Shown: positions 1 through 9,294 of the stretch, piece by piece
Position numbering within the stretch: the first letter of the stretch is position 1
Layout: every line of letters begins with the position of its first letter
Assembly: GCA_038871515.1 (NCBI GenBank)
Contig: JAVZHX010000001.1
Span: 352,001 to 416,000, forward strand
Direction of reading: 5' to 3'
Source of the DNA: Candidatus Micrarchaeia archaeon
GTDB taxonomy: Archaea; Micrarchaeota; Micrarchaeia; Burarchaeales; Fermentimicrarchaeaceae
DNA length: 64,000 bases
Made by a program: the position numbers and the translations under genes
The notes under the pieces: model-generated
What the model saw: only the letters and a program-made list of their open reading frames with translations
What the model was told of the DNA's origin: nothing
Databases searched by the model: none

Positions 1-361
1 TTAACCTTGCGTGAAACATTCCTTCAACAGAGTCGGGAGAGTCAACGTAGATAAGCTCTGGCTGGTGCTTCAGAGAGGAGAAAAGCTTCCCCATCTCCAT
101 CGCTTCTATCTCATTCAAACTGTGCTTTTTCATCAGTTCATTAAGAGAGCTTGCGGTTATTTTCACAACCGCAATTTCCTTGCATATTTTTTTTATTTTC
201 CCAACAAGCTTCTCCCTTCTCTTTGGGGTGAGCAGCTTAGAGTCCTTCACTCCAACTCTCCTAAGCTCTCCCTCTTTTTCCTTCTCAACAATTGCAACGC
301 AGATTACCAACGGGCCCAACACGCATCCTCTGCCAGCTTCATCAGCTCCTCCAATGAGTAT
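1..361 (-). CDS. rnhB: Ribonuclease HII (runs off the left window edge; apparent ATA start)
   Basis: Not in the ORF track. Manual translation gives ILIGGADEAGRGCVLGPLVICVA...GVKDSKLLTPKRRE...IYVDSPD, the RNase HII motifs DEAGRG, GP and DSK. SD GAGGTGA lies 4 nt before ATA. Confidence 0.93.
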   Translation of the reverse strand, partial: MLIGGADEAGRGCVLGPLVICVAIVEKEKEGELRRVGVKDSKLLTPKRREKLVGKIKKICKEIAVVKITASSLNELMKKHSLNEIEAMEMGKLFSSLKHQPELIYVDSPDSVEGMFHARL

Positions 362-411
362 GGAATCACCTCTTCATATTAAGAAAAAGTAGAATAAGAA
401 ACTTCCCAAAC

Positions 412-663
412 TCAAAGTCCTTTCTTATCTAGAATTATATGGTCAGAAACAGCCAGCACAGCGGAGTATGGGATGAGAAGCATTCCCTCCTCCCTCTTCA
501 TTTTCCTAACTGTTGGGCTGTCCACATTCGGCTCAACAATTAACGATTCTATCTTGCCGGTTACTTCACTTATATACGCATCAACAAACTTTCCAATTTC
601 CTCTCCATCATTAGTTATCAGCTTCTTCCCAGCCAGCTGCTTCGCAATAACGAATTTTCCCAT
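412..663 (-). CDS. PRC-barrel domain protein (CdpB-like)
   Basis: KQLAGKKLITNDGEEIGKFVD...TGKIESLIV...IPYSAVLAVSDHII matches the PRC-barrel pattern. Confidence 0.85.
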   Translation of the reverse strand: MGKFVIAKQLAGKKLITNDGEEIGKFVDAYISEVTGKIESLIVEPNVDSPTVRKMKREEGMLLIPYSAVLAVSDHIILDKKGL

Positions 664-728
664 CAACACCACCTTTCAATCAACTGAAAGAATTTCTTGG
701 AAGTTATTTAAATAGCTTTCTCTTTTTT

Positions 729-1889
729 TTATGGTTGCTCCCACTCTATCTCATAATACTCATACTTGCTTCCGGGAAGCTCTATTCTCCTCACCCTATA
801 ATAAGTGACAGAGGTTTCCCTATCGCTTATCGCGAGTATCAAATCCAAACCGAGCTTCTTTGCAGCTTCAATTGCCTCTGCAAGCTCTGCCCCTCCAATC
901 TGCTCCTCCTCGCTGAGGGAGAGCATTGCAAAGGAAGGCTCATCCTTCCCAGGCACCTCTATTCCACCCTCCTTTCTATGATAAAGCAGAAAATCAAGCT
1001 TTGCTTTCGCTTTTCTCTTAACTCCAGGTATTGCAAGTATGAATGTTTTTCTCACGCTGTGCGCAACTCTTATTGCTCTTGCCCACTCCGAAATCAGCAG
1101 TTTGCTTTCTCTTGGAAATACGTGAATCACGTGCTTTGAATGCACCCACTCCTCCCCACTTCTTGTTGGGGATGCTTTTGGGAAGTAAACCCTGAAATGG
1201 GTGCCGAATTTGAAACCAGTTTTCAGTATAAAGCCCCTCAACCTCCAATCCTCATAAACTTCATACATATAAAGCAATTCCGGCCTTCTTTTCTTCGCAT
1301 ATGCTTTAACTTTGCTTTCATTGAAATTTCTCAGCTTCAAACCACAGTGGTGCAGCATGAAAAGAGTTTCATATATATCTAGCTTGCACAGCTTGCCTCT
1401 CTGCTCGGCTTTGTAGCTTCCAAACTGCCCCAGCCAGTAATTCTCATACAGCTCCTTCCCAATAACCTCATCGTCAATTACGGTTACCAAATCCTCTGGG
1501 AAGAACATTCCAACAATGCTGTATTTTGGAGGGGAGAAGGCGCTTGACGGATATTTTTTCACAGGGTTCTTCTTATACGCTCCTTTTGCCTCCTCAATTC
1601 TCCTTATCATCAACCCCCTATCCCTCCAATCCTTATACGTGAAGTAGCGAGCCATCAACTTTTTTGAGTATAATGCTTCTGAAACATCATTGAAGCGCAG
1701 CTCATTACCAACTTCATCATAGCATTTCGCATTCCTTATATCAATTAGGTATAATGCTTCTTCGGGTGAGAGGTAAATTGTCCCTCCCTTCATAACTCCG
1801 TAGTGGCCGTTTTGAAGCGAGCTCACCGACTCCGGTTCGGTGACTGTGAGCTCCTTTGTTTTTCTGTTGAAGTTAATAACCACTCCCAT
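729..1889 (-). CDS. endA: tRNA-intron (splicing) endonuclease, probably three-unit epsilon2 type
   Basis: Repeated units LSPEEALYL / YKDWRDRG and YEDWRLRG-KTGFKFGTHFRVY...H...RVAHSVRK with a Y/H/K triad; 386 aa. Confidence 0.92.
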   Translation of the reverse strand: MGVVINFNRKTKELTVTEPESVSSLQNGHYGVMKGGTIYLSPEEALYLIDIRNAKCYDEVGNELRFNDVSEALYSKKLMARYFTYKDWRDRGLMIRRIEEAKGAYKKNPVKKYPSSAFSPPKYSIVGMFFPEDLVTVIDDEVIGKELYENYWLGQFGSYKAEQRGKLCKLDIYETLFMLHHCGLKLRNFNESKVKAYAKKRRPELLYMYEVYEDWRLRGFILKTGFKFGTHFRVYFPKASPTRSGEEWVHSKHVIHVFPRESKLLISEWARAIRVAHSVRKTFILAIPGVKRKAKAKLDFLLYHRKEGGIEVPGKDEPSFAMLSLSEEEQIGGAELAEAIEAAKKLGLDLILAISDRETSVTYYRVRRIELPGSKYEYYEIEWEQP

Positions 1890-1935
1890 GTAAATCGTAT
1901 TAAATATTGTTGCGATAATTAATAAATCTGGTGTT

Positions 1936-2904
1936 ATGTATCTGCCAGAAGCTCTTGCACTGCAGATGAGAAAGCAGCACTATCATTTAGTTGGAAGCCA
2001 CTCCGCAGTTAAAGCATGCAAGTGGTTGAGGGAGAGCATAACTGGGAGGAGAACATGCTACAAAAACACGTTTTACGGGATTAACAGCTGGCAGTGCGTT
2101 CAGTGCTCCCCAATGGTGAGCTGCAACCTTGCATGCAGGTTCTGCTGGAGGATATCGCCAGATGACATTGGAGTGAAGTGGAATGAAATGAGAGAACCAA
2201 AATGGGATTCACCTGAGATGCTTGCGGATGGTTTTCTCATGGAGCAGAGGAGAATTGTTTCCGGTTATAAAGGTAACCCAAAAGTTGTTATGGAAAGATG
2301 GAGGGAGGCAAACAGCCCAGCGCACGTTGCGATAAGCTTAATTGGCGAAGTTACCCTCTACCCATATCTATCTGAATTAATTGAAATTTTTCACAAAAAA
2401 GGAATGAGCACGTTTGTTGTCACAAATGGAACCTTTCCGAAAATGATTGAGAAACTTAACCCTCTGCCAACACAGCTGTATATGTCACTTGAAGCACCTG
2501 ATGAAGAAACTTATGCGAAAACCTGCCGCCCAAGAAACAAGGAAGCATGGAAAGGCGTTAATGAAACTCTTGAGCTTTTCCCTTCTTTGAAAACAAGAAA
2601 AGTATTGAGACTGACTTTGGTAAATGGGTTGAATATGGTGAACCCAGAAGGGTATGCAAAACTGATAATGAAAGCACAGCCTGACTACGTTGAACCAAAA
2701 AGCTTTGTTTTCGTTGGTGGGGCAAGGTATAACAGAGGTTTGAGTTTGAATGATATGCCGAAGCATGAGGAGATAAGGGAGTTTGCAAGAAAACTCTCTG
2801 AGGAGACAGGCTATATAATTTCGGATGAAAGGAAGGACAGTAGGGTTGTGCTTCTTTGCAGAGACAGAAATGCTGAAAAAAGCAGATTCATTCAGAAGAA
2901 GTAA
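1936..2904 (+). CDS. tyw1: 4-demethylwyosine synthase Tyw1/Taw1 (radical SAM)
   Basis: HSAVKACKW, CYKNTFYGI, CNLACRFCWR (CxxxCxxC), YVEPKSF. Confidence 0.95.
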   Translation: MYLPEALALQMRKQHYHLVGSHSAVKACKWLRESITGRRTCYKNTFYGINSWQCVQCSPMVSCNLACRFCWRISPDDIGVKWNEMREPKWDSPEMLADGFLMEQRRIVSGYKGNPKVVMERWREANSPAHVAISLIGEVTLYPYLSELIEIFHKKGMSTFVVTNGTFPKMIEKLNPLPTQLYMSLEAPDEETYAKTCRPRNKEAWKGVNETLELFPSLKTRKVLRLTLVNGLNMVNPEGYAKLIMKAQPDYVEPKSFVFVGGARYNRGLSLNDMPKHEEIREFARKLSEETGYIISDERKDSRVVLLCRDRNAEKSRFIQKK

Positions 2905-3188
2905 TTCGTCCTTTCAACTTCCTCCTCTTTAACTTTAAATACAATTTCCCTAAGCTCATCAATTGTTGGGACACCAACAAATGCAACTCTTCCATTCACA
3001 AGTATTGCAGGAGTTGAATCTATCTGAAACTCATACATCCTCAGCTGCCCCTCCTCGCTGAGTATACTCTCCTCATGAAGCACAACTGGGAACTTGCAGG
3101 TGGAAACGAGCTGCTTTGCAACCTTCATTGCTTTCGGTGAATGGGGGCAGTTTGGCGAAGTTATAACTTCAATGAATATTGGGTTCAT
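2892..3188 (-). CDS. Thioredoxin/glutaredoxin-like protein (CPHS motif)
   Basis: TSPNCPHSP and STPAILVNG fit the thioredoxin fold. Confidence 0.8.
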   Translation of the reverse strand: MNPIFIEVITSPNCPHSPKAMKVAKQLVSTCKFPVVLHEESILSEEGQLRMYEFQIDSTPAILVNGRVAFVGVPTIDELREIVFKVKEEEVERTNYFF

Positions 3189-3232
3189 GCTTATTTTTTC
3201 TCTGAGCAAGTATAAAAATACATGCTAAAACG

Positions 3233-3937
3233 TTAGGCAGGTTTAAGCAGTGAAAAATGCTTTCTGCTCACCTCAACAGCTATTTTTGAGTTCGTTTTTA
3301 TATGGTGGATGAACTGCCCATCAATCACAAGGTCCGCATTTCCCTTCTTCACAACTACGGTGCATTTTGCGGAGTTGGGCAGCACAACTGGTTTGAAACT
3401 TCTTCTGTAAGGTGCGATTGGGACAACTTCATATTTCTTCGCATTTGGAGGCAGCTCTGGTGCACCACATGAGTAAGCATAAGCAGTCGAACCCGTCGGA
3501 GTTGAGAAAAGCACTCCATCTGCTCGGAAGGTTGCTTTTTTTCCATTGAAAAAAAGAATGAGTTCAACTAACCGGTGATCCCTGCTTCTTATGCAAACTT
3601 CGTTCAACGCATTCTCATACCTTTTTCCTGCACTACGGCACTCCAGCATGCTCCTTCTCTCAATCTTATTCCTCTTAAGCAACCTCTCAAGAATCTCTCT
3701 CCAGTTCTTGTAGTTTGACTGGCAGATGAAGCTTCTCTCATTCCCAATTCCAAAAACGGGTTTGTTATACTTATTTTTGTTGTAAAGCAACGTTCCATCT
3801 CCTCCAATTGTGATAAGCACTTGCCCCTCCTCCACCCTCACTCCCCTTTGAATAAGAAACGCTTCCACTTCTCTTTTTAGCTTCACCGCCCACTCCTTCT
3901 CTGGGTTGGCTACGACAAACGCGCTCATCACTTTCAT
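3233..3937 (-). CDS. nadK: NAD kinase
   Basis: GGDGT, LNE and DG...STPTGSTAY motifs. Confidence 0.93.
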   Translation of the reverse strand: MKVMSAFVVANPEKEWAVKLKREVEAFLIQRGVRVEEGQVLITIGGDGTLLYNKNKYNKPVFGIGNERSFICQSNYKNWREILERLLKRNKIERRSMLECRSAGKRYENALNEVCIRSRDHRLVELILFFNGKKATFRADGVLFSTPTGSTAYAYSCGAPELPPNAKKYEVVPIAPYRRSFKPVVLPNSAKCTVVVKKGNADLVIDGQFIHHIKTNSKIAVEVSRKHFSLLKPA

Positions 3938-4336
3938 TCAATCACTTTTCAGAATTGTCACGTTAACAACTCTTTTGCTTCTTGGCCCGTCAAGCTCGCA
4001 GAATATAACCCTCTGCCAAGTTCCCAAAACAAGCCTTCCCTCCTCAATTGGTATCACTCTCCCTGAGCCGAACAAACCACTTATCAAATGGGCAGTTGCA
4101 TTATCGTCTATTCTGTCATGCGCATAGTTTATTTTTGGCAGAATAGTTTCAAAAATTCTTTCAAAATCGCTCTGTAGGTTCGGCTCAAATTCATTTATAA
4201 TAATTGCGGCTGTGGCATGGGGCGCGTGCACAACACACGCACCTGTTTTCACTCCGCTTTTTTCAACAAAGCTTTGAACGTGATTCGTTACATCCACAAG
4301 CTCAATTTTCTTTTTCGTTGAAAGATAGAATTGCAT
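3938..4336 (-). CDS. YjbQ/UPF0047 family protein
   Basis: HATAAIIINE, NATAH, LGTWQ..FCELDGPR. Start placed at the ATG 4 nt after GGTGA. Confidence 0.9.
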   Translation of the reverse strand: MQFYLSTKKKIELVDVTNHVQSFVEKSGVKTGACVVHAPHATAAIIINEFEPNLQSDFERIFETILPKINYAHDRIDDNATAHLISGLFGSGRVIPIEEGRLVLGTWQRVIFCELDGPRSKRVVNVTILKSD

Positions 4337-4698
4337 CAGCTCACCCTCAATCTGCATATTTCAGCAGTTTCATTATCCTTTATCCACATACAGACAAGCG
4401 AGTTATTCTGCCTCACGCCAATCACAACGTTTCTGCACTGTCCCTCAAGTTCAGAGTGAATGTTGGAGCATTCGGATTCGTTGAGCTCAAGAAGAGCAAT
4501 CCTCATCACACAGTAATCCCTTGCAGTTGAATTCTGAATTCTGTTGCACAGCAGTGAGTTGCTGTGCTGAAATGCAAGCGCTGAGAAGCACCTATCTTTT
4601 ACCTCTAAATCAAGGGACTGCTCACACATAGACTCTATACTCATAACTCCACAGCATCCAACTAACATCAATGAAACCAAGAGGAAGTGCGCTTTCAT
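4336..4698 (-). CDS. Exported or lipoprotein Cys-rich repeat protein
   Basis: Hydrophobic leader ending VGCC, then ~25-aa repeats of the form C..I.....RD.C...IA. Confidence 0.65.
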   Translation of the reverse strand: MKAHFLLVSLMLVGCCGVMSIESMCEQSLDLEVKDRCFSALAFQHSNSLLCNRIQNSTARDYCVMRIALLELNESECSNIHSELEGQCRNVVIGVRQNNSLVCMWIKDNETAEICRLRVS

Positions 4699-4721
4699 CA
4701 AAAATATATTGGATTGATTAT

Positions 4722-5471
4722 TTAAATACTGAACCCTTGAAGCGCTTCCTCCTCCATAAAGTGAAGCTTGCCCGGTATTATCAAAATGAAGGGTGGCTTC
4801 CCAAGCTCTTTTTTAATTATCTCTTCGGCTTTTCCATAGGTGATTTTCTGCTCCTCGCTGCCAACCCTGCTTAGCACAACCACGTGAAACTCTCCCAGCT
4901 TCCCTTCCTCTTTATCAACTTTTATAAGCTGCTCAACTGCCTCCTTTGCATCCATGCATCTTTCCTTCAAATCAAGAAAAACAACTGAGTGCAAACCCCT
5001 TTTTCTATTTTCAGCTATAACCTCATAGCTGCTTCTCGGCTCGTAACCCTTGCTCCACATCGCAAGCGTGCATGGCTTTCCAATTTTATATACTTGCAAA
5101 CCACACTCTCCAATTGCAGCTGTGAGAATTGAGGAGGAGTGCACTATTTCTGTTTTAATTCCTTTTTTCTCAGCAGAGAGTTTAAGCGAGATATGGGTGG
5201 TTGATATCATTGGGTCGCCGTGAGTGAGAAGCGCAACTCTTTTGGAAGCTGCCTCCTCAAGAATTTTTCTCTCACCCTCCACCTCCTCCCTGCTCAGAAG
5301 AGTTATTTTTTTGTCAATAAGTTTTTCCAAGCGTTTCAGAGAGCCCTCCTCCATCACTCCAGTGTACTGCTCCGCAAAAACAACATCGCATTCCTTCAGC
5401 TTCTCCAAACCCCTTAAGCTTATATCCTTCTCACTCCGCAGCCCCATTCCAATTAGCAACAGCTCTCCCAT
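4722..5471 (-). CDS. dph5: Diphthine synthase
   Basis: LIGMGL..EKDISLRG, GDPMISTTH, GLQVYKIG, GLHS..FLD. Confidence 0.93.
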   Translation of the reverse strand: MGELLLIGMGLRSEKDISLRGLEKLKECDVVFAEQYTGVMEEGSLKRLEKLIDKKITLLSREEVEGERKILEEAASKRVALLTHGDPMISTTHISLKLSAEKKGIKTEIVHSSSILTAAIGECGLQVYKIGKPCTLAMWSKGYEPRSSYEVIAENRKRGLHSVVFLDLKERCMDAKEAVEQLIKVDKEEGKLGEFHVVVLSRVGSEEQKITYGKAEEIIKKELGKPPFILIIPGKLHFMEEEALQGFSI

Positions 5472-6341
5472 TCAAACACCTGCAAGCAACCTTAAAGTAT
5501 CCCTCACACCTGGCGCCAAGCCAAATATTATTAAAAGAAGGAACATGTAATCCTTCTCCTCCCTCTTCTCATCAGAAGTTTCAAGTATGTAAACCGCAAG
5601 TGTTGAGAAGAGAACTTTCACTACATAGAAAGCAAGCATCGTCCCAAAAATTGCTCCCAAACCAGCGCTGAGAACATGCTGCTCAAAATATGCCCCAGTG
5701 AAAAGCTCTATTGCAACGTAAGAAGCAGCGCCATCAAGGGAGTGGGAGAAAACAACAAGGAGATGGGTGGTATTTGGCTTTAGTTTTCTCTCCAAAAGAA
5801 ATTTTCCAACAATAACTCCAAGAATGGTGAGCAGGATAACCAGAAGAGCGTGAAGCCAGTTTTTCATAAGTGGAATTAGAAGTATAAAATGGGGAAGAAA
5901 AAGTAGGAAAGCAAAGGATGGGAGAAGCTCCATTTTTTTCATTCTGTTGAAAAGAAGAACTGAGAGGAAGGTAAGCAAGCCTATAACAACGTATATACCT
6001 GGTGTTGTTGTTATAATGCTGTAATCATAAAGATGGGAGTTTCCAACAACTCCATACAAACCAAACAGGGCGGAGCTGTTGAGAAGGAATTGATTTGTTG
6101 CTGCGGACTCACCTGTTGCATCAGTAACAACCCTCACCGTTGAGCCAAGGAGGATGAATGGAATGATGCGAAGAATGAACTTCTCATCTATTTTCACCTT
6201 TTCTCTCTTGAGAATTTTGAAAAAAACAAAAGCTACAAATAAAGCAATGGTTGCGTAAACAACCGTGTTCACCAAGTTGTAACCTGTTCTATCGTAAATT
6301 GGTTCAATAAAATAGGTTTCTATAAACCCTCCTGCTTCCAT
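5472..6341 (-). CDS. DUF63 family membrane protein
   Basis: GYNLVNT, TPGIY, HSLDGAA, EQHVL, GLAPGVRD. Confidence 0.85.
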   Translation of the reverse strand: MEAGGFIETYFIEPIYDRTGYNLVNTVVYATIALFVAFVFFKILKREKVKIDEKFILRIIPFILLGSTVRVVTDATGESAATNQFLLNSSALFGLYGVVGNSHLYDYSIITTTPGIYVVIGLLTFLSVLLFNRMKKMELLPSFAFLLFLPHFILLIPLMKNWLHALLVILLTILGVIVGKFLLERKLKPNTTHLLVVFSHSLDGAASYVAIELFTGAYFEQHVLSAGLGAIFGTMLAFYVVKVLFSTLAVYILETSDEKREEKDYMFLLLIIFGLAPGVRDTLRLLAGV

Positions 6342-6378
6342 ATTATCTATAAAGCAATGATAATTAAAGTTTGTGCAG

Positions 6379-6891
6379 CTATCTCTCCCACATCTCTATA
6401 AACCTGTCAACAACCTCATCCAGAAAACTTGAGCGGTAGGTAACTATTACTTTTGCAATTTCTTTTGGGTTGGAAAGGGAGTATAGAACCTGCTTGCCAG
6501 CTCTTCTTTTTTTAAGTATTTTTGACTGCAGCATTTTATCAAGGTACCATGAAGTTGTTGCAGCAGAAAGCTTCAGTTCAGAGGTTATTTTCTTGTGGCT
6601 CAGCTTCTCCTTTGTGAGTAAAAGTATTGCAATGTGGCGGATGGGCTTCTGCCTAAGAAGGGAGAGCAACTCCTTCTCCCTTTCTGTGAACAGACCAATT
6701 GCATAGTAACGCACATACTCCCCATCCCTCTTTGCAACAACAAGCTTATCTTCAAGAAGCTTTCTTATGTGGTGCTGAAGCGTTCCAACAGAAAGTTTCA
6801 GAGAGCGCTGAATCTCCCTGAAATGGCTCCCTGGAAAGCGAAGTATGTATTCGTATATCTGCTGGCGCTGCTCCAGCCCCTGAATCTGCAT
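6379..6891 (-). CDS. Tandem winged-helix transcription regulator
   Basis: PGSHFREIQRSLKLSVGTLQHH plus a second HTH (LSAATTSWYL). Confidence 0.85.
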   Translation of the reverse strand: MQIQGLEQRQQIYEYILRFPGSHFREIQRSLKLSVGTLQHHIRKLLEDKLVVAKRDGEYVRYYAIGLFTEREKELLSLLRQKPIRHIAILLLTKEKLSHKKITSELKLSAATTSWYLDKMLQSKILKKRRAGKQVLYSLSNPKEIAKVIVTYRSSFLDEVVDRFIEMWER

Positions 6892-6892
6892 T

Positions 6893-7165
6893 CTACTCCC
6901 TCACAACTGCAAAGAAGATGAGCGCAAGGGTAAGAAAGTCAAGTATGTTTGATAATGAAACTGTGAGAGGTGATTGCTCAGCAATAGTGAACTTTATGAA
7001 AATTCTTGCAAAGTAAGCAAGGAAAGCAAGAGAAACAAAAAGGATTATTCTTTTTCTGTTTTTCCTGTATGCAAGCAGTGAAATCAACGCAAGCCCTACG
7101 GAGAGCAGTATTGTTGATGCGCCAATAAGAATGTTGAAACCAGATGTGTATTCCGTCATATTCAT
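6893..7165 (-). CDS. Small 3-TM membrane protein paired with the wHTH regulator
   Basis: Three hydrophobic segments and an AYRK motif; tightly coupled to its neighbours. Confidence 0.7.
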   Translation of the reverse strand: MNMTEYTSGFNILIGASTILLSVGLALISLLAYRKNRKRIILFVSLAFLAYFARIFIKFTIAEQSPLTVSLSNILDFLTLALIFFAVVRE

Positions 7166-7761
7166 CCCTCCAAAACTTCAATTATTTTCTCACCAAACTT
7201 CCTGGCAGAAGATGGACCATCCGCAGTTACAATTCTTCCATCAACCTCAACGCTTCTTCCCGTATAGTTCCCTCCTGCCTCCCTCAGAGCAGCTATTGTT
7301 TCCGAGTCACCAAAGCTTGTTACTTTTTTCCCTCTCACCAAATCGGCGCTTGCCAGTATCCTTGGGGCTATGCAGATTGCGCCAACAACCTTCCCAGCTG
7401 CGTTTGCCTCCTTTGCGATTTTTATAACTGCTGGGTTTTCAGGTAGCTTATGCGTTTCAACTCCCTGCCCTCCAACAAAAATCACAGCTTTGTATTCAGA
7501 GATATTTACCTCTGAAATTAAGAGGTTTGGCTTTGCTCTGCCACCCAGCATTCCCCTTGCTTCACTTTTTGTTGTGCTTGCGATGGTTGTTTCATAACCT
7601 GCATTTCTGATTACCTCCTGAGTTTGAAAAAGCTCCTCATCCCGAAAATCAGATGGTGCAATTACGAAAAGCACCTTCCCCATCCCCTCACCTCCTGTTT
7701 TTTGTTGCTGAATACAGCCGAAGAATAAAATGAAGAGTAAAATAATTATGCGAGCTTCCAA
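7162..7761 (-). CDS. DJ-1/PfpI family protein with an N-terminal lipoprotein-like leader
   Basis: FRDEE, FVGG, GAICIAP nucleophile Cys, IVTADGP. A second in-frame start lies at 7683. Confidence 0.9.
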   Translation of the reverse strand: MEARIIILLFILFFGCIQQQKTGGEGMGKVLFVIAPSDFRDEELFQTQEVIRNAGYETTIASTTKSEARGMLGGRAKPNLLISEVNISEYKAVIFVGGQGVETHKLPENPAVIKIAKEANAAGKVVGAICIAPRILASADLVRGKKVTSFGDSETIAALREAGGNYTGRSVEVDGRIVTADGPSSARKFGEKIIEVLEG

Positions 7762-9185
7762 CTCGTTCCCTCCTTCTCATCATTCAAAATTACTCCTGCT
7801 TTTCTCAGCTCAGCCCGTATCTCATCTGACAGCTTCCACTCCCCCTTTCTCCTCAGCTCCTCCCTAACCTTTATGATTACTCCAATTACCTTCTCAAGCT
7901 GCTCTCCGCCAGTTTTCCTCTCCTCGCATAACTTCAGCCCAAGTATCCCTCCAAGCTCATCAAACATTTTGATTATTTTATCTTTCAATTCAGTTGTAAT
8001 TTTCTGGTTGTTGGAAGTGTATGTGTTTAACTTCCTTGAAAACTCAAACAAGGCAGCAAGCGCCCCAACAGTGTTAAAATCATCATCCATCGCTTTCTCA
8101 AACTCCTCCTTTGCTTTTTTCATCTCCAGCTCAAGCTCCTTTTCCTGAGCTGTTTGCTTCTCCGTTACCCCAAGCTTCCTCAATAATTGTATTGAATTCT
8201 TCAAACTTTCCAAGCTTTTCCTTGCCTGCTCCAAACTTTTTTCATTATAATCAATTGGGCTCCTGTAGTGAGTTGAGGCGAAGAAGTAGCGCAGCGTTTC
8301 AGGCTCGTATTTTTCAAGCACCTCTCGTAACGTTACATAGTTGCCAAGCGACTTTGCCATCTTCTCCCCGTTTATTGTTAAAAACTCTGTATGAAGCCAG
8401 TATTTCACAAATGGTTTCTTGCCAGTAAGCGCTTCTGCCTGCGCTATTTCATTTTCGTGGTGTGGGAACTTCAAATCCCTTCCACCCCCATGTATATCTA
8501 TCTGCTCCCCAAGATACTTGGAAGCCATCACGGAGCACTCAATATGCCAACCCGGGAAACCTTCTCCCCACGGGCTTGGCCACTTAAAGGGGTCTGTTGG
8601 TTTTGCTTTCTTCCACAGAGCAAAATCCTGCGGGTTTTTCTTGCCTGGGTGAACCTCAAATCTACTCCCCGCAATCATCTCCTTTGGGTTCACCTTTGAC
8701 AGCTTTCCATATTCCTTGAACTTGGAAACATCAAAGAAAACATTTCCATCAACTTCATACGCATACCCTTTTTCAACAAGCTTCCTCACAGCTTCAATCA
8801 TATCAATGATGTGTCCGGTTGCCCTTGGCGAAATATCCGGGCGGATGACGCCCAACCTATCCATATCAGCAAAATACTCCCTCATATATTTCTCAACAAG
8901 CGCCATTGGGTTGACCTTTTCTTCCTTTGATTTCTCTCCAATTTTATCCTCCCCAGTGTCTTCCCTTAAGTGACCAACATCGGTTATATTTTGTATATAC
9001 GTGACTGAGTAACCCCTGTATTTTAACCAGCGTATTATCACATCAAAAGCAGTATATGTTCTAGCATGCCCAAGGTGCGCCCAATCGTAAACAGTTGGGC
9101 CACACACGTAAATTCCAACTCTTCCTTTTTTAATTGGAGTAAACTCCTCAAGCTTTCCTGTTAAACTGTTATGCACTTTAAGCAT
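7746..9185 (-). CDS. cysS: Cysteine--tRNA ligase
   Basis: [24 protein letters not shown]. Confidence 0.98.
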   Translation of the reverse strand: MLKVHNSLTGKLEEFTPIKKGRVGIYVCGPTVYDWAHLGHARTYTAFDVIIRWLKYRGYSVTYIQNITDVGHLREDTGEDKIGEKSKEEKVNPMALVEKYMREYFADMDRLGVIRPDISPRATGHIIDMIEAVRKLVEKGYAYEVDGNVFFDVSKFKEYGKLSKVNPKEMIAGSRFEVHPGKKNPQDFALWKKAKPTDPFKWPSPWGEGFPGWHIECSVMASKYLGEQIDIHGGGRDLKFPHHENEIAQAEALTGKKPFVKYWLHTEFLTINGEKMAKSLGNYVTLREVLEKYEPETLRYFFASTHYRSPIDYNEKSLEQARKSLESLKNSIQLLRKLGVTEKQTAQEKELELEMKKAKEEFEKAMDDDFNTVGALAALFEFSRKLNTYTSNNQKITTELKDKIIKMFDELGGILGLKLCEERKTGGEQLEKVIGVIIKVREELRRKGEWKLSDEIRAELRKAGVILNDEKEGTSWKLA

Positions 9186-9198
9186 CCGTTCACCTCAT

Positions 9199-9269
9199 AG
9201 CCAGGAAGGGGAATCGAACCCCTCTATGCCGGTCTGCAGCCGGCCACATAGCCACTCTGTCATCCTGGC
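9199..9269 (-). tRNA. tRNA-Cys(GCA), no intron, CCA not encoded
   Basis: GCCAGGA...GCCGG-CT-GCA-GA-CCGGC...GGTTCGATTCC...TCCTGGC-T cloverleaf with a U discriminator. Confidence 0.95.
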
Positions 9270-9294
9270 GTATTTATTATAAACTTAATTATTT

